Part shown: piece by piece, positions 1 to 7,337 of the stretch | Layout: each line of letters opens with the position of its first letter | How positions within the stretch are numbered: the stretch's first letter is position 1 | From: Pyrinomonadaceae bacterium | Lineage (GTDB): Bacteria; Acidobacteriota; Blastocatellia; Pyrinomonadales; Pyrinomonadaceae | Direction of reading: 5' to 3' | Length of the DNA stretch: 31,321 nucleotides | NCBI GenBank assembly: GCA_018060305.1 | Contig: JAGOWF010000001.1 | Coordinates: 1 to 31,321, forward strand | Position numbers and translations under genes: made by a program | The notes under the pieces: generated by a model | The model's database searches: none | What the model was told of the DNA's origin: nothing | The model's input: the letters and a program-made list of their open reading frames with translations, nothing else

Positions 1-817
1 CTAAACCTAAAACTCGCTCCGTGGCCGCTTTTGCGCGGCGGGCGACCTCGAATGGGTCCTGCTCCCAATACTCAGGCCGAAAGATCTCGATGCTCACCAT
101 GCGGTCGTAACCGATCTTGTCGAGGTGCGACTTTATCTCGGCGAGCGGCAGGATGCCCTCGCCGGGATAGAGCCTTTGGGCGTCGGTCAATTGCTCGCGC
201 GGCAGGTCTTCGGCGTCGTTTATGTGAAAAATAAATAATTTCCGAGCATCGAGCGCGTCTATTGCGTCAAACGTCGAGCCGCCCGCGTAGAAGTGGAACG
301 AATCCAGCACGAGCCCGACATTGTAACGGTCAACTTTTTCGATGATCTCGCCGGCAAGATCGAGCGTCTGCACGGAGCAATCGGTCTGGCCGAGAAACTC
401 AAAGGCGAGCGACACGCCGTGCTCGACGGCGATGTCGCCCATTTCATTCAAAACGCGGACCGACTCGGTGATAATGGTCTCGCGCCGGACGCCGGCGGGC
501 AGTTTGCCCGGCACGACGACGATATACGGGCAGCCGATGCGGCCCGCGAGCGCGGCGAGCGTCTCGCATTCGGCGAGCACCTTGTCATAATCATCGATAC
601 CGCGAAAGGTGACGTGCTCGATGGAGTTTATCGAATAGGGATCGACGTTCGCGGCGATCAATTCGGCGGCAAGCGCATCGATCGCGTGTGTTTCGAGATA
701 GCGATACAGCTTTGCCGACCATATTTCGATCAGATCGTAACCGGCGGCGGAGGCGGCCAGAATGTCGGTCGAGAGGTCGGCGTGCATTGTGGTGGCGCCG
801 TTAAGAGCGATCTTCAT
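1..817 (-). CDS. iolI: Sugar-phosphate isomerase/epimerase, IolI (2-keto-myo-inositol isomerase)-like TIM barrel; 3' end runs off the window
   Basis: Manual translation from ATG at 817: MKIALNGATTMHADL...LAFEFLGQTDCSVQT...NVGLVLDSFHFYAGGS...IFHINDAEDLP...RLYPGEG...VSIEIFRPEYW. Frame is open to base 1, so it is absent from the ORF track. Motifs closely follow B. subtilis IolI (ALEFVGHPQCTVNT, NVGLVLDSFHF, VELFRPEY). Confidence 0.8.
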   Translation of the reverse strand, partial: MKIALNGATTMHADLSTDILAASAAGYDLIEIWSAKLYRYLETHAIDALAAELIAANVDPYSINSIEHVTFRGIDDYDKVLAECETLAALAGRIGCPYIVVVPGKLPAGVRRETIITESVRVLNEMGDIAVEHGVSLAFEFLGQTDCSVQTLDLAGEIIEKVDRYNVGLVLDSFHFYAGGSTFDAIDALDARKLFIFHINDAEDLPREQLTDAQRLYPGEGILPLAEIKSHLDKIGYDRMVSIEIFRPEYWEQDPFEVARRAKAATERVLGL

Positions 818-916
818 TGCGGATTAGTCTAGCACGACACGCGGCAACCGAAAGCATTGCCCGGCCGTCTAAAACTCGGTATCCTGTTTAAGAACGCCTC
901 GCCTGAAGTAACCGTT

Positions 917-2290
917 ATGAAAAAGCTTTCTATCGCATTGCTCGTGATGATCTTCGCCGCCTCCTTTGCCGCCGCGCAGTCTGACGCTGAGCTTCGCGCG
1001 GTGGTCGCAAAGGACAAAACGAGCCGCGACGCCGCCGGCAAACTCCTCTCGCTGACCGCCGCGGAGCACGCCGAGCGAGGCGAGGTCTATTTTGAGAATC
1101 GCCACTTCCCCGAGGCGCGTGAGCATTTTCAGATCGTGCTCGACAAATACGCCGACGACCCTTTGTTTGCCCGCGCGATGTTTGTCGTCGGCCGCTCTTT
1201 TATGTGGGAGCGGCAATATGCCAACGCCATTGTCTGGCTCGATCGTGTTTCGCGCGAGTTTCCGGCGACAAAGGACGGCCGCGAAGCTCTCGCGTTCAAG
1301 GGCGCGTGTCATGTTCGGCTCAATAAACACGCCGACGCCGCAAAGATATACGAGCAATACACCGTAATGTATCCGACGGGCGAGCGCCTCGATTCGGCGT
1401 ATCTCAATACCATCGACGCTCTTCGCGAGGCGGGCAATTATGATGGCGCAAACACTTGGGTCGATAGGGCGCAGCAGCGTTTTGCAGGCACGCCAATCGA
1501 GACAAACGCCCTTCACGCCCGCGTGCGAATGGAGATCTATCGCCAGCGTTGGCCCGAGGCCGTTGCGGCCGCCGATGTGATGCTCGCGCACGCCGCGTTT
1601 GGCGGCTCGATGTCCACAATGGACGAGGTCAAATACCTAAAAGCCTTTGCGCTCGAAAAAAGCGGGCGCCGCGCCGACGCGATGGCTGTTTACGCGTCGA
1701 TCCCTGAGAATTCGGCCTCGTATTACGCCGGGCTTGCTGCCGATAAGCTCGCCGTGCCTGACAAGCGCGTCCGGCGCATCGTCCAGATATCGCCGAGCGT
1801 GCTCGCGGCGTTTCCCGCTGCCTATCGCGACGACGTTTTGCGTTACGCAAAGAAAAAGCACGTCGATCCGCGATTTGTTTTGGCGATAATGAAGCAGGAA
1901 AGTGCCTTTCGCCCGGGTGCAAAAAGTCCGTCTGCGGCTCGCGGGCTGATGCAGTTCGTCTTTGACACCGCCATAAAGTACAAGAATAAGGCCGGTTTCC
2001 CCGCGCTGCAGCCCGACGACCTTTATCTGCCCGCCGTCAGCATCGCGCTCGGCGTGGAATACATCGCCGCGCTCCGCGATCAGTTTGGCGGCCTTAACGA
2101 GGCCATCGCCGCGAGCTACAACGGCGGCGAAGATAACGCCGCGCGCTGGCTAAATCGCTCAAATCCCAAAGAGCCCGCCATCTTCGCCTCCGAAGTCGGC
2201 TTCGCACAGACAAAGGATTACGTCCAAAAGGTGCTGGCCAACTACCGAATCTACCGCGACCTATACGATGACAACCTCGTGCGGCGATAG
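917..2290 (+). CDS. Secreted lytic transglycosylase (SLT domain) with N-terminal TPR/BamD-like repeats
   Basis: Signal peptide MKKLSIALLVMIFAASFAAA from ATG 917 (track ORF starts 857); TPR-like helices; SLT motifs AIMKQESAF (catalytic Glu), SAARGLMQ, ASYNGG, TKDYVQKV. Confidence 0.9.
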   Translation: MKKLSIALLVMIFAASFAAAQSDAELRAVVAKDKTSRDAAGKLLSLTAAEHAERGEVYFENRHFPEAREHFQIVLDKYADDPLFARAMFVVGRSFMWERQYANAIVWLDRVSREFPATKDGREALAFKGACHVRLNKHADAAKIYEQYTVMYPTGERLDSAYLNTIDALREAGNYDGANTWVDRAQQRFAGTPIETNALHARVRMEIYRQRWPEAVAAADVMLAHAAFGGSMSTMDEVKYLKAFALEKSGRRADAMAVYASIPENSASYYAGLAADKLAVPDKRVRRIVQISPSVLAAFPAAYRDDVLRYAKKKHVDPRFVLAIMKQESAFRPGAKSPSAARGLMQFVFDTAIKYKNKAGFPALQPDDLYLPAVSIALGVEYIAALRDQFGGLNEAIAASYNGGEDNAARWLNRSNPKEPAIFASEVGFAQTKDYVQKVLANYRIYRDLYDDNLVRR

Positions 2291-2347
2291 ATCGTTTATT
2301 GCGGCTTGTCGCCTCTCATTTCGGCCAGGCTTGCCTGACCCCTGCCT

Positions 2348-2494
2348 ATGAATTGCCACGCACTTTAGAGCGTGGAGAGCGATCCTGTTAGCTTTCGCGG
2401 CTTTAGCCGAATGCGGGGCGGGCAAAAGAGGTTGGGCGAAAGCCCCAAATCTCCATTTGACCGCGACCACTAGCTAAAGCTAGTGGCAATTCAT
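2348..2494. repeat. REP-doublet (REPIN-like) element, family 1
   Basis: Terminal inverted repeat ATGAATTGCCAC (2348)/GTGGCAATTCAT (2483-2494). Hairpins CCACGCAC-TTTA-GAGCGTGG (degenerate) and CCACTAGC-TAAA-GCTAGTGG (2467-2486). Inner pair CGGC-TTTA-GCCG / GGGC-GAAA-GCCC. Confidence 0.75.
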
Positions 2495-2515
2495 ATAAAT
2501 CTGGTGGCAATTCAT

Positions 2516-2598
2516 GTCCCTGAAAGGGACAAATGTAATAGCGTCGGGAGAATCCCGACGAATCGCGGCCGCGGGCGTTTCGCTCCCTGAAAGGGAGC
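2516..2598. repeat. Cluster of short REP-like hairpins
   Basis: GTCCCT-GAA-AGGGAC (2516-2530), ATAGC-GTCGGG-AGAAT-CCCGAC (2543-2559), GCTCCCT-GAA-AGGGAGC (2582-2598); same motif order as 14144-14187. Confidence 0.7.
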
Positions 2599-2625
2599 AA
2601 TGATCGCGTCGATAAGTGGTCCCAA

Positions 2626-2746
2626 ATTGCCGTTGCCTTTAGGCAACGGCTGCCGGCTCAAGAGCGGATCGGGCTTTAGCCCACGCTTTTGTTGGGCTGA
2701 AGCCCATTGTTGAGTGATAGGACCGTTGCCTAAAGGCAACGGCAAT
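2626..2746. repeat. 121-bp REP-doublet (REPIN-like) element, family 2, copy A
   Basis: Perfect 24-bp terminal inverted repeats ATTGCCGTTGCCTTTAGGCAACGG / CCGTTGCCTAAAGGCAACGGCAAT, each itself a hairpin. Inner pair GGGC-TTTA-GCCC / GGGC-TGAA-GCCC. Followed by the 11-bp spacer TGAAGAGACCG. Confidence 0.92.
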
Positions 2747-2757
2747 TGAAGAGACCG

Positions 2758-2878
2758 ATTGCCGTTGCCTTTAGGCAACGGCTGCCGGCTCAAGAGCGGA
2801 TCGGGCTTTAGCCCACGCTTTTGTTGGGCTGAAGCCCATTGTTGAGTGATAGGACCGTTGCCTAAAGGCAACGGCAAT
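2758..2878. repeat. 121-bp REPIN-like element, family 2, copy B (identical to A)
   Basis: Base-by-base identical to 2626-2746; period 132 bp. Confidence 0.92.
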
Positions 2879-2929
2879 GTGAGTTTTCGCCGTCGAAAAA
2901 TGAGTTTTGCGTCCGCAAGTGTAAGTTTT

Positions 2930-3223
2930 CACTGGTGATAAATGACTTTTCACTGGTGATAAATGACTTTTCACTGGTGATAAATGACTTTTCACTGGTG
3001 ATAAATGAAATTCCACTGGTGATAAATGACTTTTCACTGGTGATAAATGAAATTCCACTGGTGATAAATAAAATTCCACTGGTGATAAATGAAATTCCAC
3101 TGGTGATAAATGACTTTTCACTGGTGATAAATGAAATTCCACTGGTGATAAATGCCTTTTCACTGGTGATAAATGAAATTCCACTGGTGATAAATGGCTT
3201 TTCACTGGTGATAAATGACTTTT
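2930..3223. repeat. Tandem array of 14 x 21 bp, CACTGGTGATAAAT-(GACTTTT/GAAATTC), ~33% GC
   Basis: Units start at 2930 and every 21 bp to 3203. First 14 nt invariant; last 7 nt alternate between two main variants. Degenerate in-register units upstream (GAGTTTT at 2881 and 2902, AAGTTTT at 2923). Confidence 0.97.
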
Positions 3224-3314
3224 TGGCAAACATTTCCCTTGCAGTCGGCCCGAAATGGGCGTAAAATCCCTCCGAAACTACGAAATACTACTTTTTTACA
3301 AGGAGAAAACTACT

Positions 3315-4016
3315 ATGGCCGGTATCAGTTGGATGCCTACGACGTGGGCGGGAAAGGCGGCGATGTTTGCGAATGTCGGTGCGAAGATCGGGAACTACGC
3401 GGCGGCGCTCGGGCTGACGCCGGCCGAGGTTTTGGCGGCGGTTGGGATGTGCGATCAGTTTGCGGCGCAGTATTCGTTTATCACGCAGACACAGGCGTAT
3501 TCGCAGGCCGCGACGCAGTGGCGCGATCTGGGAATGTCGGGCGAACCTGAGGGCGACCCGCTCGGCGCGCCGCCCGCCGCGCCCGTGTATAATTCGCCCG
3601 GCGGCGAGATCATCGGCCTGCTCGACGCATTTCGCGCCGAGCGCGACCGCTGGGTCGCGGCCGCCGGTTACACTCAGGCCATCGGCGAAGACCTGATGAT
3701 CGTCGCCACATCGGGTCAGGGATTCAATCCCGGCGACGTCACGCCGACCATCGCCGTTTCTGCCGCGCAGGCCGATTATTTGTTTGGAATAACGGTATCA
3801 AACCGCGCCGATTCCGATATGTGGACGGTGCAGACAAAGCAAAAGGGCGGCAGTTGGCAAAATGTCGGCAGCTTTACCGGCAAGACCGCCGATATCACCG
3901 TCTCGCCCCTCGCCGACGGCGACCCCGAACAGGTCGAGGTCCGCGTTCAATTGCGAAAAAATAACGAGAACTACGGCAACGTCTCGCAAACCGCCACCGT
4001 TACCGTAAATCCGTAA
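3315..4016 (+). CDS. Uncharacterised 233-aa protein: Ala-rich helical N-domain, Pro linker, GYTxAIGEDL motif, beta-sandwich (FN3/Ig-like) C-domain
   Basis: AAGGAG RBS before ATG 3315; open to TAA 4016; no signal peptide. Fold assignments are inferred from residue patterns only. Confidence 0.85.
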   Translation: MAGISWMPTTWAGKAAMFANVGAKIGNYAAALGLTPAEVLAAVGMCDQFAAQYSFITQTQAYSQAATQWRDLGMSGEPEGDPLGAPPAAPVYNSPGGEIIGLLDAFRAERDRWVAAAGYTQAIGEDLMIVATSGQGFNPGDVTPTIAVSAAQADYLFGITVSNRADSDMWTVQTKQKGGSWQNVGSFTGKTADITVSPLADGDPEQVEVRVQLRKNNENYGNVSQTATVTVNP

Positions 4017-4138
4017 ATTGCCGTTGCCTTTTGGCAACGGTTGCAGGCTGACGAGCGGATCGGGCTTTAGCCCACGCTTTTGTTGGGCTGGAAGCCCACT
4101 GTCGAGCCATAGGACCGTTGCCTAAAGGCAACGGCAAT
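4017..4138. repeat. REPIN-like element, family 2, copy C (~92% identical to A/B)
   Basis: Begins at the base after the TAA of 3315-4016. 9 substitutions plus 1 inserted base vs copy A by hand alignment. Followed by CGAAGAGGCCG, a homologue of the A-B spacer. Confidence 0.9.
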
Positions 4139-4163
4139 CGAAGAGGCCGCGCGCAGGCGCGGA

Positions 4164-4364
4164 CTTTTGCCGCGAAGCGGCTGAAGAAGGTAGCCAGACG
4201 TGAAACGTCTGGGAAGATCGCAAACCTTCGCGTCTCGCCCTGAAAGGGCGAAACGGCCCATCGCCGCTCACATTCGCCCGCACCTTCAGTGCGGCGGCGG
4301 TTGTGACGCATTTCCAGACGTTTCACGTCTGGCGACCGTCTTTAGCGGCTCCGCCGCGCAAAGG
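4164..4364. repeat. Composite GTAG-type REP doublet, family 3
   Basis: GTAG-CCAGACGT-GAA-ACGTCTGG (4190-4212) and inverted copy (4314-4336). Inner hairpins CGCCCT-GAA-AGGGCG and CCGCAC-CTTCA-GTGCGG; outer GCGG-rich flanks. Homologous to 14262-14459. Confidence 0.85.
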
Positions 4365-4394
4365 CACGGCTTGGCGGATCGCCCGAATATTTCC

Positions 4395-5627
4395 TTAATT
4401 CTCCCAATCGCCGTGGCCTTCGCGGGTGATGTGATAGCCGGCGGCCTTTAGATGTGAGTGAATGGCGAGGGCGTGGTCGTTATCGCGGACTTCGAGAAGC
4501 ATTTCGATGCCGACATGACCGAGCGGCGCGAGCCACATTGCCCGACGGTGAAAAACCTCTATCACATTCGCACCGGCCGCCGCGACCGCGTCGAGCAGGC
4601 CTGCGAGATTGCCCGGACGATCAACGACAAGCACGCTGAACATTACATAACGCCCGTGACGCACGAGGACGTGTTCGAGAACGCGCGTGAGCAGATTGGC
4701 GTCGATATTCCCGCCGGCAAGCACGACGCAGATACTCTCGCCGGGCGCGATGGCAATTTTACCTGAAAGCACGGCCGCGAGCCCCGCCGCGCCCGCGCCC
4801 TCGACGACGAGACGGTTATTCTGCACGCTGTGAAAGATCGCTTCGGCGATCTCTTCGTCATCGACCTCGACGATCTCGTCAACGTATTCGCGAATGATCG
4901 GAAGGGTGAGTTCGCCCGGCGTCTTTACCGCAATGCCGTCGGCGATCGTCGGCTTGGTCGCGGGGATCACCGCGCGGCCCTCGACGAGCGAAGGCTTGAC
5001 CCACGAAACGGCCGCCGATTGAACGCCGATGATGCGCACCGAGGGCTTTAGCGACTTTGCCGCGATCGCAATGCCCGACATCACGCCGCCGCCGCCGATC
5101 GGCACGATGATAGTCGTGACATCGGGCAGAGATTCGACGATCTCCATGCCGATAGTGCCCTGCCCCGCGATGATCCGCTCGTCGTCGTAAGCGTGGACGT
5201 AGGTCAGGCCGTTCTCTTTTTGAAGTTCCTTAGAGTAAGCGACCGCCTCGTCAAACGTCGCGCCCTTTAGGATAACCTCCGCGCCATAACCGCGCGTCGC
5301 ATTCACCTTTGTCAGCGGTGCAAACTCAGGCAAAACAATGGTCGCGGCAATGCCGACATAGCGCGCCGCCAGCGCCACGCCCTGCGCGTGGTTCCCGGCC
5401 GAGGCAGCGATCACGCCGCGCGACTTCTCGTCGTCAGCGAGTTGAGAGATCTTGTTGTAAGCGCCTCGGATCTTGAACGAGCCACTCTTTTGCAGGCTCT
5501 CGGCCTTGAGATGGACGCCCGCGCCGGTCTCGCGCGACAAACGCGCGTCCGCGATCACCGGCGTTTGATTGATAACGCCCGCAATCCGCCTGCGAGCGGA
5601 CTTGATATCATCGAGTGTGACAGCCAT
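4395..5627 (-). CDS. ilvA: Threonine ammonia-lyase (PLP-dependent) with C-terminal ACT domain
   Basis: KAESLQKSGSFKIRGA (PLP Lys), ASAGNHAQGVA, PIGGGGVMSG, ACT domain DRPGNL. Confidence 0.95.
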   Translation of the reverse strand: MAVTLDDIKSARRRIAGVINQTPVIADARLSRETGAGVHLKAESLQKSGSFKIRGAYNKISQLADDEKSRGVIAASAGNHAQGVALAARYVGIAATIVLPEFAPLTKVNATRGYGAEVILKGATFDEAVAYSKELQKENGLTYVHAYDDERIIAGQGTIGMEIVESLPDVTTIIVPIGGGGVMSGIAIAAKSLKPSVRIIGVQSAAVSWVKPSLVEGRAVIPATKPTIADGIAVKTPGELTLPIIREYVDEIVEVDDEEIAEAIFHSVQNNRLVVEGAGAAGLAAVLSGKIAIAPGESICVVLAGGNIDANLLTRVLEHVLVRHGRYVMFSVLVVDRPGNLAGLLDAVAAAGANVIEVFHRRAMWLAPLGHVGIEMLLEVRDNDHALAIHSHLKAAGYHITREGHGDWEN

Positions 5628-5699
5628 GCGTGTGACGCCGATTATAGCAAAGACGCCGCGAATGAGATATATTGACGTGTATCAATCAACGGAGGTCTT

Positions 5700-6713
5700 A
5701 TGCCCGAAATTTTTGGTGTTGGTGCCATTTTTCTACTATTTCTCGGTATCGCGCTGCTCGTCGTCGCGTGGAAAACGATAAAGATCGTCCCGCAATCCAG
5801 CGTCCTGCTCATCGAGCGGCTCGGGCGCTTTCACCGTGTTGCCAACAGCGGGCTGAATATAATCGTGCCGTTCTTCGAGGCACCACGCGCCGTTTACTGG
5901 ACAAACCAGCGGCCGGGCGTGACGTTTGTCGATCTTCGCGAACAGTTCATCGATCTGCCGCCGCAGAGCGTTATCTCTCGCGACAACGTGATGATGGGCG
6001 TCGATTCCGTCGTCTATTGGCAGATCACCGACCCGACAAAGGCCACATACGAGGTCAACGACCTCGTCGGCTCGATCGTGCAGTTGACATTTACCGGGAT
6101 GCGCAGCGTCATCGGCAAGCTCGACCTCGACCACACGCTTTCAAGCCGCGATCAAATCAACAACGAGCTGCGAATGATCCTTGACGAGGCCACAGACAAA
6201 TGGGGCGTCAAGGTAACACGCGTCGATATCAAGAACATCACTCCGCCCGAGGACGTTCGGATCACGATGGAAAAGCAAATGACCGCCGAACGCAATCGCC
6301 GCGCCCTCATTCTCCAGGCCGAAGGCGACAAACAGGCCGCCATAACCCGCGCCGAAGGCGAAAAGCAGGCCAACGTCACCCGCGCCGAAGGCGAAAAGGC
6401 ATCTGCCATCCTCGAAGCCGAGGGCGCCGCTCAGGCTCGCCTCACCGCCGCCGGCGCCGAGGCACAAACCATCGCCCAGATCGCCACCGCCATCGGCGAT
6501 CCCGGCCAAACCGCTCAGTATCTGATCACGGCGAGATATGTCGATTCAATGCGCGATATGGCCCGAACGCAAAACAGCAAGGTTATCTTTATGCCCACCG
6601 AGACGTCCGCCGTTCTGGCGAGCGTCGGGGCGTTTAAGGAAGTATTCAGCGAGACCGGCAAGGACGCGGCAGAATTGCCAAAACCGCGTAGCCCGCGTGA
6701 ATTGGACAAATAG
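5700..6713 (+). CDS. SPFH/Band-7 stomatin-like (QmcA-type) membrane protein
   Basis: N-terminal TM; IERLGRF; VDLRE; ISRDNV; LDHTLSSRDQIN; WGVKVTRVDIKNITPP; coiled-coil AEGEKQA repeats. Confidence 0.93.
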   Translation: MPEIFGVGAIFLLFLGIALLVVAWKTIKIVPQSSVLLIERLGRFHRVANSGLNIIVPFFEAPRAVYWTNQRPGVTFVDLREQFIDLPPQSVISRDNVMMGVDSVVYWQITDPTKATYEVNDLVGSIVQLTFTGMRSVIGKLDLDHTLSSRDQINNELRMILDEATDKWGVKVTRVDIKNITPPEDVRITMEKQMTAERNRRALILQAEGDKQAAITRAEGEKQANVTRAEGEKASAILEAEGAAQARLTAAGAEAQTIAQIATAIGDPGQTAQYLITARYVDSMRDMARTQNSKVIFMPTETSAVLASVGAFKEVFSETGKDAAELPKPRSPRELDK

Positions 6714-7316
6714 ATGATAAAGATCCTCGTCGTCATCATTATTATTGTCGGTCTCGCCGCCGCCGCCCTGGCCTATCGCTACGGCCTTATTCTCAATCCG
6801 ACGCCGACCGCGCCGCCGCCGCAAAAGTCCGTTTATGAGTTCACGATGAAAGATATCGACGGCAACGACGTCAGCCTCGACACTTATCGCGGCAAGGTCG
6901 CGATGATAGTCAATGTCGCGAGCAAATGCGGCTACACGCCGCAATACGAGGGCTTAGAGAGTATCTACGAAAAATATAAGGATCGCGGCTTTGTTGTGCT
7001 CGGCTTCCCGGCAAACAATTTTCTCGGCCAGGAACCCGGCACCGAGGCCGACATTAAGGAATTCTGCCGGCTCACCTACGGCGTCTCATTCCCGATGTTC
7101 TCAAAGATTTCCGTCACCGGCAGCGATCAGCATCCGCTTTACACGATGCTGACGAGCAAGCAGTCGAATCCCGAATTCGGCGGCGATATTACGTGGAACT
7201 TTAACAAATTCCTTCTCGACAAAACGGGCCGCGTCGCCGCGCGTTTTGGCACAAAAGATATCCCCGAAAGTGATGTGGTGACGACCGCCATCGAGAAATC
7301 CCTCGCCGCCGACTAG
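6714..7316 (+). CDS. Glutathione peroxidase family (Cys type) with N-terminal membrane anchor
   Basis: VNVASKCGYTPQYEGL, VLGFPANNFLGQEPG, WNFNKFL; hydrophobic N-terminus plus PTPTAPPP linker. Confidence 0.93.
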   Translation: MIKILVVIIIIVGLAAAALAYRYGLILNPTPTAPPPQKSVYEFTMKDIDGNDVSLDTYRGKVAMIVNVASKCGYTPQYEGLESIYEKYKDRGFVVLGFPANNFLGQEPGTEADIKEFCRLTYGVSFPMFSKISVTGSDQHPLYTMLTSKQSNPEFGGDITWNFNKFLLDKTGRVAARFGTKDIPESDVVTTAIEKSLAAD

Positions 7317-7337
7317 GATCATTTACACATTTTTCTG

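Noticed and set aside
293-832. 179-aa + strand ORF and similar long antisense ORFs (e.g. 869-1591, 16679-17380, 29508-30203)
   Set aside because: They overlap well-supported genes and lack recognisable motifs; typical shadow ORFs of GC-rich DNA.
2512-2877. ORFs reading through the REP clusters (also 4000-4451, 14051-14578)
   Set aside because: Translations simply mirror the DNA repeats; no RBS or family features.
2930-2945. Similarity of TATCACCAGTG (minus strand) to lambda operators
   Set aside because: Short, non-palindromic partial match with no phage genes nearby; likely chance.
2930-3223. CRISPR array
   Set aside because: No unique spacers; the variable part is 7 nt with two recurring variants; no cas genes.
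2930-4016. TIGR-Tas or box C/D guide array (GTGATAA resembles box C, CTGG resembles box D)
   Set aside because: The period is 21 rather than ~36 nt, there are no diverse spacers, and the adjacent protein shows no recognisable Nop-domain pattern.
4017-4138. Integron attC site after a cassette ORF
   Set aside because: Lacks RYYYAAC/GTTRRRY boxes; it is a nested hairpin doublet with perfect 24-bp terminal IRs; no intI.
6920-6940. Selenocysteine in the glutathione peroxidase
   Set aside because: The active-site codon is TGC (Cys), not TGA.
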